DNA of 32,000 nt, taken from the NCBI GenBank assembly GCA_038736825.1, contig JAVYME010000004.1, positions 1 through 32,000 on the forward strand, given 5' to 3'. Under the pieces are notes generated by a model that was given only the letters and a program-made list of their open reading frames with translations, was not told the DNA's origin and did no database searches. Made by a program: the position numbers and the translations under genes. Shown here one piece after another: positions 24,822-31,825 of this stretch. The DNA comes from Candidatus Iainarchaeum sp. Its GTDB lineage: Archaea > Iainarchaeota > Iainarchaeia > Iainarchaeales > DTGL01. Position 1 is the stretch's first letter. Each line of letters begins with the position of its first letter.

Positions 24822-24884
24822 TGCCTCAATGATGAACTGACGATGAATCTGACCCTTGATGATTGATGGGCGGTCTGAGGGGCA
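24822..24884 (+). ncRNA. C/D box sRNA (2'-O-methylation guide)
   Basis: C box ATGATGA 24829-24835; 13-nt guide; D' CTGA 24849-24852; 4-nt spacer; C' TGATGA 24857-24862; 12-nt guide TTGATGGGCGGT 24863-24874; D box CTGA 24875-24878. Terminal stem TGCCTC (24822-24827) / GGGGCA (24879-24884). TATA-like ATTAAAAAA lies about 27 nt upstream. Confidence 0.7.
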
Positions 24885-25016
24885 CTTTTTGGGATAACAC
24901 GGTTTTTTGCCTTTAAAACTGCATTCTAGGGGCTTTTGCAGGCATTTGTTTAAATACCTTATCATGCAAATTTTAACATTTAAAGCATGTTTAAACGGCT
25001 TTAAGGAGGTTTTTAA

Positions 25017-25190
25017 ATGGAAGACTTGGTTGTAAAATCAAAGGTCAAGGAATACGCAAAAAAGAAAGACATCAGGATGAGCGCTGAAGTTTTCGACGAA
25101 CTCAACAAAGTCATTGCAGGCAAAATAGACAAAGCCATCATGAGAGCCAAAGAAAACAAAAGGCAAACAATAAAAGCCTGCGACATATAA
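25017..25190 (+). CDS. 57-aa DUF1931-like (histone-fold-related) small protein
   Basis: MEDLVVKSKVKEYAKKKDIRMSAEVFDELNKVIAGKIDKAIMRAKENKRQTIKACDI. Strong SD AAGGAGG at 25003-25009, 7 nt before the ATG. The pattern (V.KSKV.E..K....R.S.E....LN..V...I..A..RAK.N.R.T.K..D) matches my memory of the DUF1931 family. Confidence 0.6.
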   Translation: MEDLVVKSKVKEYAKKKDIRMSAEVFDELNKVIAGKIDKAIMRAKENKRQTIKACDI

Positions 25191-25210
25191 AGAAACTGTT
25201 TTTTTTAATT

Positions 25211-25231
25211 GGGCTTTTCTTGGAAAAGCCC
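25211..25231. terminator. perfect 9-bp hairpin followed by a T-rich tract, between convergent genes
   Basis: GGGCTTTTC-TTG-GAAAAGCCC, followed by GCTTGTTTTATTTTG. T tracts lie on both sides. Confidence 0.45.
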
Positions 25232-25263
25232 GCTTGTTTTATTTTGCAATTTTTTTGCTTGCT

Positions 25264-25770
25264 TTAAGGCAACAGCCTAGTTATCGGGTAATAGTTTATG
25301 TCGTTTTCTGAATCAACCACTGCTTGCACAAAAACAGTGTTCAAATTAGCGCTCAGCCTAACCATTCTGCTTATTTCCGGCATGGAAAAAATTTCATCTT
25401 GCGTGCAAACATTTATTACATACTGTGAATGCTCTTCACCTGGCTTTTTGCCTCTAGGGTACACTCTCAAGTCAAAACCAAACTTGTACCCTGTTTTAAC
25501 CACATAACCTTTTTCCCTCAAATCCCTGAAAACAAGGTATTTTGAATAAAACTTTGGATCGGTTTTTTCCCCTATTTCAAGCAATTTTTTTTCAGATACA
25601 ACAGTCTTGCCTTTGACTATTTCCAGTTTTTCCCTTTCAACAAGATACAATGCCTCTTTCAAGTCCAATACAAGGTTTTTGCCCTCTGTTTCCCCAAACC
25701 CCTTTGAAATAAGCTGGTCTCGCTTTCTTTTCTCTGAAACCACCACTTTGTTTTCAATAAGTTCAGCCAT
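25264..25770 (-). CDS. endA: tRNA-splicing endonuclease EndA (short ~168-aa form)
   Basis: LYLVEREKLEI, KYLVFRDLREKGYVVKTGYKFGFDLRVYPRG.....EEHSQYVINV (catalytic Tyr and His 10 residues apart), C-terminal AVVDSENDINYY. Start placed at ATG 25770 (MAELIENK...); the longer ORF would run through the divergent promoter. Confidence 0.85.
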   Translation of the reverse strand: MAELIENKVVVSEKRKRDQLISKGFGETEGKNLVLDLKEALYLVEREKLEIVKGKTVVSEKKLLEIGEKTDPKFYSKYLVFRDLREKGYVVKTGYKFGFDLRVYPRGKKPGEEHSQYVINVCTQDEIFSMPEISRMVRLSANLNTVFVQAVVDSENDINYYPITRLLP

Positions 25771-25842
25771 TTGCATTACACCGAAAAAGGTATTAAATAT
25801 AAAGAAATTCATCATAAAAGAATATAAAAACAAGGTGTTTGA

Positions 25843-26922
25843 ATGGAATTAAATCCTTGGTCGAGCAAGGGCATTTCAGACTACGAGCACGTGTTCAAAG
25901 AATTTGGATTGAACGAGTTTCCAGAAGAATGGAAAAAATCCCTGAAACACTATTTTTTTGAAAGAAACATAGTAATAGCCCACCGAGGCTTTGAACTTGT
26001 AATGAAACGCATAGAGGAAAAAAAACCATTCATTAACATGACTGGAATTGCCTCCTCTGGGCCGCTGCATTTTGGGCACAAGGCAGACATAGACTTGTTT
26101 GTTTTTTTCAAATCGCTTGGAGCGCACAACCATTTTTGCATTGCAGACATAGACGGTTATGCGAGCAGGGAAAAAATTGCAACAATGGATGAAGCAAAAA
26201 AAATCGCTGTCGAAAACCTTGCACACGCTCTTGCCCTGGGCTTGGATGAAAAAGATGTTTATGTGCAATCACAAATGAACCCTCGCTATTACGAGTTTGT
26301 CTTTGAAATAAGCAAGAAAATCACAAACAACATGTTTGAGGCGGTTTACGGGCACGTGGATTTGGGCAAAGTGAGTGCAGCAATACTTCAGTATGCGGAC
26401 ATTTTGCATCCCCAGTTAAAGGAATGGAATGGAAGAATGCCTTCTGTTACAGGAATAGGCTTAGACCAAGATCCACACGCACGCCTTACCCGTGATATAG
26501 CGAAAAGACTTCCATATCCCTTGGAAATGCCTTCCTTTATTTATTTCAAGCACCAGTCCGGCTTAACAGAAGAAAGCAAAATGAGCTCTTCAGCTCCAGA
26601 AACCGCGATTTTTTTAAGCGATTCAGAAAAAGAAGTCAAAAAAAAGATTTCAAATGCTTTTACAGGCGGCCGCGAGACAGTGGAATTGCAGAAAAAACTG
26701 GGCGGAAACCCGGAAATCTGCAAGGTTTGCGAAATCCTTCGCTTTCATTACCCCAATACAAGGGAAGTGGAGCGCATAATGGCTGAATGTAAGTCTGGAA
26801 AGCGCTTGTGCGGGGAAACAAAACAGTTCACGATTGAATTTCTCAACAAATTTTTGAAAGAACACCAAGCAAGAACTGAAAAAAACAGAAAAAAAGCAGA
26901 AAAAATAGTGTATGGGAAATAA
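25843..26922 (+). CDS. trpS: tryptophanyl-tRNA synthetase (archaeal/eukaryotic type)
   Basis: Class Ic aaRS: GIASSGPLHFGH (HIGH-type), ADIDGY, GLDQDPH, KMSSSAPETAIFLSD (KMSKS variant typical of TrpRS). Confidence 0.85.
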   Translation: MELNPWSSKGISDYEHVFKEFGLNEFPEEWKKSLKHYFFERNIVIAHRGFELVMKRIEEKKPFINMTGIASSGPLHFGHKADIDLFVFFKSLGAHNHFCIADIDGYASREKIATMDEAKKIAVENLAHALALGLDEKDVYVQSQMNPRYYEFVFEISKKITNNMFEAVYGHVDLGKVSAAILQYADILHPQLKEWNGRMPSVTGIGLDQDPHARLTRDIAKRLPYPLEMPSFIYFKHQSGLTEESKMSSSAPETAIFLSDSEKEVKKKISNAFTGGRETVELQKKLGGNPEICKVCEILRFHYPNTREVERIMAECKSGKRLCGETKQFTIEFLNKFLKEHQARTEKNRKKAEKIVYGK

Positions 26923-27564
26923 ATGCCTTTCAAGTTCAAATGCAAGAGTGTGAAAGGGGTTCCTGTTAAGAGAATGACTGGTTCAAGCCGGATAAAGCTT
27001 GAAAAAAAAGCCGAACAGCGAAACCTAAGGCAGTGCAAGGACTGGCGTGGAATGATTGAAAGGTATTCCACTGAAGGCACAATGCATGGCACTGCAATTA
27101 TTATTTCACAGGCAAAATTTGAAAAAGAGGGACCTCTTGTTTTCAGGCCTTGGACTGACGGAAAACTCAAAAGGCGGCTTTCCAATCCAGTGCTTGCATT
27201 CATGCAAAAAAGCGATCTCTTGCTTATTTCAAAAAAATACAGGATTCCTTTAAGGATTGTGGAAAGGCTTCAAAGAAGGGAAATGGAGGCTATTGCAAGA
27301 GAGATTGAAGTGCTTGTTGAAGACCCCAAACCCCGCTTTTTGGTGAGAACTAAGGGGGAAATTTTTGAGGCTGAAATAGAACCATTGCTTTTGCCGAATG
27401 GCAAGCCAAAGCCTTTTGAATATTATTCTGACAAGGACCTTGCAAGCATTTACCGGCAGATCGGCATTCCAATGCCTTTGCTTAAACACTTGCGGGAAAG
27501 GGAAAGGAACAGGATTCGCAGGGCAAAAGGGCTCATTGGAAAAATAAAAAAAGAAGGGAATTGA
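26923..27564 (+). CDS. basic hypothetical protein, start abutting the trpS stop (taaATG)
   Basis: 213 aa with an internal duplicated motif (SDLLLISKKYRIPLRIVERLQRRE / KDLASIYRQIGIPMPLLKHLRERE), suggesting two helix-hairpin-type nucleic-acid-binding units. Confidence 0.5.
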   Translation: MPFKFKCKSVKGVPVKRMTGSSRIKLEKKAEQRNLRQCKDWRGMIERYSTEGTMHGTAIIISQAKFEKEGPLVFRPWTDGKLKRRLSNPVLAFMQKSDLLLISKKYRIPLRIVERLQRREMEAIAREIEVLVEDPKPRFLVRTKGEIFEAEIEPLLLPNGKPKPFEYYSDKDLASIYRQIGIPMPLLKHLRERERNRIRRAKGLIGKIKKEGN

Positions 27565-27582
27565 AAGGTTGAAGCCTTTCAA
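27561..27582. terminator. perfect 8-bp hairpin between convergent genes
   Basis: TTGAAAGG-TTGAAG-CCTTTCAA. It overlaps the stop codon of the 26923..27564 CDS and ends immediately before the stop of the dehydrogenase gene (27584-27586). Confidence 0.4.
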
Positions 27583-27583
27583 T

Positions 27584-28693
27584 TCAATCTGGAACGCACC
27601 ACTTGCATTTTTTTATGACGCGTTCTTTTGCGAGAGCCATTGCAGCGCGCCTTGTGTATTTTTTGTCGCCTGCGCGTTCCAGCACGGTTTTTGTGTTCTT
27701 GGTGATTTTTTGTTCAACCATTTTGAACATTTTCTCTTTAGAGCCGCCAATGTATTCAACATAGCTGGAAATGACTCCCCCGGCATTGGCTACAAAGTCT
27801 GGCACAATCCATTTGCCTGAATCAGCCAGCAATTCTTCAACTTGTTGTGTCATTGGAATATTGGATCCTTGCACTATTAGTTTTGCTTTCACTTGGCTGA
27901 CTTCACTGGCTTTCACTAGGTCTGGCACTGCTGCTGTAACCAGAATGTCCACATCCAAGCCGATTATTGCGTGCCTGTCCAGTCTTTCGCATTCTCCTTT
28001 ATAGCCAACAACAGAGCCTGTTTTTTGTATTGCGTCCATTAACCCCTTGTATTCCAGTCCTTTGTTGTTTACAACCAATCCTTTAATGTCTGATATTCCG
28101 ACAAGTTTTGCTCCGGCTTCGCTTAAAAACTTGCCTGCAAAGCTGCCAACATTGCCAAAGCCTTCTATTGCAACAGTTGCACCGTTAAGTTTGATTCCTG
28201 CAAATTCTGCTCCAACCTTTGCAGCATGGAACACGCCAAAGCCTGTTGAGCCGAGCTCGTGGGGCAAGCCGCCCATGCTTTTTGGTTTTCCAGTACAGGC
28301 TTTCCTTGAACCAATGGTTTTTGCAAAAATTGCCATTTCTTCTTCGCCAATGTTCATGTCTGGAGCTGAAACATATTTTGAAGGGCAAACCTCTTTCAAG
28401 CCTTCTGCAAAGGCTTTCATTAGTTCTGCTTTTCTTTGCTTTGTTGGAAAATCGCTGTCGGCAATTATGCCGGATTTTGCTCCGCCAAACGGCAAATCTG
28501 CAAGTGAACACTTCCAAGTCATTGCCCTTGCAAGCTTTGCCACTTCGTCCACAGAAACTGTTGTGGTTAACCTGCAGCCTCCCTTTCCCGGCCCTAAGGC
28601 AGTGTTGTCTATGACTAAAAACCCTTTTAGTCCGACTTTTGGATTGTAAACATGCACTATTTTTTCTGGACCATACCCGTCGAATTCAACCAT
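27584..28693 (-). CDS. Glu/Leu/Phe/Val dehydrogenase family enzyme (short, ~369-aa form)
   Basis: LGPGKGGCRLTT, catalytic-Lys motif LPFGGAKSGI, Rossmann motif VAIEGFGNVGS, and NAGGVISSYVEY near the C-terminus. Confidence 0.85.
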   Translation of the reverse strand: MVEFDGYGPEKIVHVYNPKVGLKGFLVIDNTALGPGKGGCRLTTTVSVDEVAKLARAMTWKCSLADLPFGGAKSGIIADSDFPTKQRKAELMKAFAEGLKEVCPSKYVSAPDMNIGEEEMAIFAKTIGSRKACTGKPKSMGGLPHELGSTGFGVFHAAKVGAEFAGIKLNGATVAIEGFGNVGSFAGKFLSEAGAKLVGISDIKGLVVNNKGLEYKGLMDAIQKTGSVVGYKGECERLDRHAIIGLDVDILVTAAVPDLVKASEVSQVKAKLIVQGSNIPMTQQVEELLADSGKWIVPDFVANAGGVISSYVEYIGGSKEKMFKMVEQKITKNTKTVLERAGDKKYTRRAAMALAKERVIKKCKWCVPD

Positions 28694-28744
28694 GTAATCC
28701 CCCCTAAAAATTTGAAGAATTAATTGAACTACAAATCTTTTTAA

Positions 28745-29155
28745 TTATTTTTGGTTGGCTTTTTCTTGTGCAATTTCTATTATTTTTAGACTGTATTCCT
28801 TGCTTTTTCGCAGGTTTCCTGCAAGCCTTTTAAAGAACTCGTTGTCTTGTTTCAAAAGCACGATTGTTTCCACTCCCTTTAATCTTGCCACGTGGTCAAT
28901 GTTTTTGGCTGTATCCCCCCATTGAACAACTGTTTCGCATTTTTTTTTCTTTTTTCCAACAAAGGCTTGTATTTCGCTCATTAGGTTTTCTCCTTGTCCG
29001 ACTTCAGCCATAGTGAATCCTGAAGTGGCGTTTGCTGGAGTGTCCACTGGCAGTAATAGGATTACTTCTCTGGCTTTTTCCAAGGCTTGTTCGAGAAAAT
29101 CTTGGCTGTTTTCTTTTTTTGAAATGAGCGGGATGAGGATTTTCATTTTTTTCAC
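28745..29155 (-). CDS. universal stress protein (USP)-like adenine-nucleotide alpha-hydrolase fold protein
   Basis: KILIPL...EQALEKAREVILLLPVD...WGDTAKNIDHVARLKGVETIVL follows the USP topology. No clear G-2x-G-9x-G(S/T) ATP motif. Confidence 0.45.
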   Translation of the reverse strand: MKKMKILIPLISKKENSQDFLEQALEKAREVILLLPVDTPANATSGFTMAEVGQGENLMSEIQAFVGKKKKKCETVVQWGDTAKNIDHVARLKGVETIVLLKQDNEFFKRLAGNLRKSKEYSLKIIEIAQEKANQK

Positions 29156-29214
29156 TTCTTGGAGTCCTTTATCCTTAATTGCATAGGGTAAAAGCGTTTT
29201 CTGGAATTGAAAGC

Positions 29215-30228
29215 CTATGGTACGAATTCAAACAATTCCTTTCTTTTCTCGGTTATTTCGCCTTCCTCTTTTAGAAACTCGCAAATCACTTTTACGAGTT
29301 GTTTGTTGAGGTGCAATGCTGTAGATATTTCGTCAGCAGTTGCAATCGATTTTTTCTTTATGAAGGCAAGCACTTCTGGTGCCTGTTTTTCATACATTTC
29401 GGTTTTTATTACAAGGTAATCGCCGTCAAAGGACTTTATGCCAAGCAATTCTCTTCTCCTTATTTCTTCGTTTTTTTCCTCACATAACTGTTTTGCCTCG
29501 TCTTCTGTTGAAATCACTGTGAAGTTGTCTCTTTCAAGGGAATACGCTGGCTTTGCTTCTTGTGGTTCGACTGCAAGTTTGCTTGCTTGGCTTGATGGTT
29601 TATTGAAAGGCTCTTGAATTGTTTTTGCGTTGGTTGAAGGGAATTCCTGTCTTGTTTTTTCTTTTAGTGATGGCAGAATCATTGGTTTTATCGGGATTTT
29701 TTCTTCGCTGTCCCAGTCTTTTTCAATTCTTTTTTCGGTTTGTGCTTGCATTGCCTGGCTTTTCAGTGATTCTTTTGCTTCTGTTTCTGTTTTTTGTGGC
29801 TCTGCTTTCTTTGAAGGCATTGCAGTGCCAACAGCGCTTTTCACTTTTTCAGCTTCAAATGGTTCCGGTCTTGCCAGTTCCACTTCTTCTTTTGTTTTGT
29901 AAACAGCTTTTCTGTACTGGTCGCTCAAGCGGAATGGAATGATTTTTCCTTCTTTTATTAGTTCTTTCAATCTTTCCCTTTCCTCGCTGGATAAAAACTC
30001 TTCAAATTTGCCTTCAACCCTTTCAGAAAGCTTTTTTTCCGCTAAAAGGGCAAAAATTGCTTTGTCCAATTCAGCTGGGCTTTTTTGCCTTGTTGTTTCA
30101 ACAAGCACGAAAATGCCGTCTCTTGCTTTTAAAACCTCGTACTTTTTTCCCTTGGAAAAGCCGAGGGCTTCCGCCTGCTCGTCTGGAATCATAAAGGCTG
30201 GAACGCCGGTTTTTTCAATCAAAACCAT
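29215..30228 (-). CDS. hypothetical protein with two [beta-hairpin + winged-helix-like] modules separated by a low-complexity P/E/K/Q linker
   Basis: Module 1: KKYEVLKARDGIFVLVE + ELDKAIFALLAEKKLSERVEG...LKELIKEGKIIPFR. Module 2: GIKSFDGDYLVIKTE + EVLAFIKKKSIATADEISTALHLNKQLVKVICEFLKEEGEITEKR. Confidence 0.5.
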   Translation of the reverse strand: MVLIEKTGVPAFMIPDEQAEALGFSKGKKYEVLKARDGIFVLVETTRQKSPAELDKAIFALLAEKKLSERVEGKFEEFLSSEERERLKELIKEGKIIPFRLSDQYRKAVYKTKEEVELARPEPFEAEKVKSAVGTAMPSKKAEPQKTETEAKESLKSQAMQAQTEKRIEKDWDSEEKIPIKPMILPSLKEKTRQEFPSTNAKTIQEPFNKPSSQASKLAVEPQEAKPAYSLERDNFTVISTEDEAKQLCEEKNEEIRRRELLGIKSFDGDYLVIKTEMYEKQAPEVLAFIKKKSIATADEISTALHLNKQLVKVICEFLKEEGEITEKRKELFEFVP

Positions 30229-30342
30229 TCAAACCACAGATTATAGAAAGGGGAAAGGGTTAATATTGTTTTTGGGGGCAAGCTCAATCCAAGGCACTGG
30301 CAAAAAAGTTTTTTTTCTTTTGACAGAAGACTTTTTTGAAAT

Positions 30343-30352
30343 AAAAAAAAAA
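30343..30352 (-). terminator. oligo-T (T10 on the minus strand) 8 nt downstream of the tRNA 3' end
   Basis: A10 on the plus strand. Archaeal RNA polymerase terminates at oligo-T tracts. Confidence 0.5.
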
Positions 30353-30359
30353 GCAGGAT

Positions 30360-30488
30360 TGGACCCAGCGGGAGTCGAACCCGCGGCCTCAGCCTGTTTC
30401 GAGCCCTTTCGAGTTTGTTTTTGCGAGCTCTTTCTTTTTTAAAGAAAGGCTCTGCGAAGGCTGCGTCATACCACTAGACTATGGGCCC
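30360..30488 (-). tRNA. tRNA-Ala (anticodon CGC at 30456-30454) with a 57-nt intron at the canonical 37/38 position (intron = 30452..30396). CCA is not encoded.
   Basis: Acceptor stem GGGCCCA/TGGGTCC with the G3:U70 alanine identity pair and discriminator A. D arm GTCT-AGTGGTA-TGAC. Anticodon stem CAGCC/GGCTG. T arm GCGGG-TTCGACT-CCCGC. The intron boundaries fold into a canonical bulge-helix-bulge. Confidence 0.92.
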
Positions 30489-30585
30489 TTCTATAGTATG
30501 GGTTTGTGGAAAGGTTTAATTGGCTTTTCTAAAGGCTTTTGTTTTAAGGTGTTCAGGCAATTAGTTGAATGTTTTTTGACTTTTT

Positions 30586-31038
30586 TTAAACCTGTTTTTG
30601 GAATATTTTTTTGATTTCCGAGCCAAGGCTTAGCGCTTTAACATAGTTTTCTTGTTCTATTGCTGTTTTGAGTTCGCTTATTTTTTGCACAACTTCAGGC
30701 ATTTCTTTTGAGGCGCACAGCGAGCTTAGTTCTGTCAGTTTTGAAAGAGCGGTTTGCTTGTTTCCGCTTGCAATGGCTTTTTCTGCTTCGTCCATGAGGT
30801 TGAGCATTTCTTGGGTTGGCGTGTAATGCACCAAGGGCTGGGGGTTGCCGGTTATTGCACTCAAATCGCCGGCAAGCAGGGTGTTGACAAGGCTTGCACA
30901 GGAAAGATTTTTTGGGTTGATTGAATTGAAAAAGTTTATCAGGGTTAAGGCAGCCAGTATTAGCACTATCAAGAAGATTATTATTAGCGCGTCCCTTATT
31001 ATTGCAAAAACGCTTTTTATTTTTTCAAGTCTTTCCAT
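30586..31038 (-). CDS. hypothetical single-pass membrane-anchored protein
   Basis: TM helix ALIIIFLIVLILAALTLINFF, then a helical soluble domain. Start placed at ATG 31038 (MERLEKIKS...), 4 nt after the ppa stop; the longer ORF would overlap ppa by 83 nt. Confidence 0.45.
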   Translation of the reverse strand: MERLEKIKSVFAIIRDALIIIFLIVLILAALTLINFFNSINPKNLSCASLVNTLLAGDLSAITGNPQPLVHYTPTQEMLNLMDEAEKAIASGNKQTALSKLTELSSLCASKEMPEVVQKISELKTAIEQENYVKALSLGSEIKKIFQKQV

Positions 31039-31042
31039 AATT

Positions 31043-31576
31043 TCACTTTTTTTGTTTTTTTTGCTTGTAGCGTTTTGCACAGGTTTTAATGCAGGCAAGG
31101 GCTTTTTCTCTGCCTCCAAAGCCAAGCACTTTTACCCATTTTTTTGGCTCTAATTCCTTGTATGTGCCAAAAAAGTGCGCTATTCTTTTCAGCACGGCAC
31201 TGTCAAGGTCTGAAAGGTCTTTTATTTTGCTGAAGGCAGCATCAATTCTTTCAACCGGCACTGCCAAGATTTTGTTATCTGTGCCGTTTTCGTCTTTTGT
31301 TCTTAGAATTCCAATTGGTTGCACTTCTACAAGGCATCCCGGCACCACTGGTTCATCGTTTATTACAAGCACATCCAGTGGATCCTTGTCGTTTTCAAGT
31401 GTTTCTGGAATGAAGCCATAATTGTATGGGTATCTTGTTGCTGTGAACAAAAACCTGTTTACCTTGATCATGCCTGTTTTCTTGTGCACTTCATATTTTA
31501 CCCCGCTGTTCTTTGGAATTTCTATTACTGCATTTACTTGAAAGGGGGCTTTTTTTCCTATATTGAGTTCTTTCAT
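31043..31576 (-). CDS. ppa: inorganic pyrophosphatase (family I)
   Basis: VIEIPKNSGVKYEV, YPYNYGFIPETL..DKDPLDVLV, DNKILAVP. Confidence 0.9.
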   Translation of the reverse strand: MKELNIGKKAPFQVNAVIEIPKNSGVKYEVHKKTGMIKVNRFLFTATRYPYNYGFIPETLENDKDPLDVLVINDEPVVPGCLVEVQPIGILRTKDENGTDNKILAVPVERIDAAFSKIKDLSDLDSAVLKRIAHFFGTYKELEPKKWVKVLGFGGREKALACIKTCAKRYKQKKQKK

Positions 31577-31825
31577 GCAATCACTTTTTGTTTTTCAAGA
31601 GAATAATATTGTTTTCACTGCTTAATATAGTTTTGCCCAAAAGCATTTAGGCTTCAAGCAACTTTAAGAGAGCCTCTAAAGAAAAAAACAAAGCAATAAA
31701 TGCAAGCAGGCTTTATTTGGAAAAAACAACTGTTATTTAAAAAGCAAGCGTTTTTTTGGGAACCAAAAACAACAACAATTTTATATAGTGAAAGGCTAAG
31801 TATTATACTGCTGTTTTGTTTTAAG

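Noticed and set aside
24774-24965. 63-aa minus-strand ORF in the small-gene locus
   Set aside because: It overlaps the well-formed C/D box sRNA on the opposite strand. It has no SD or TATA context, and its composition is not protein-like.
25810-25816. ATGATGA on the minus strand, considered as a second C box
   Set aside because: There are no C'/D' boxes. The only CTGA lies 43 nt away inside the endA start region, and there is no terminal stem. The sequence sits among the TATA-like elements of the endA/trpS divergent promoter.
30396-30452. tRNA-Ala intron considered as host of a C/D box sRNA (as known for some haloarchaeal tRNA-Trp introns)
   Set aside because: The 57-nt intron contains no RUGAUGA or CUGA boxes, only A/T-rich hairpin-forming sequence.
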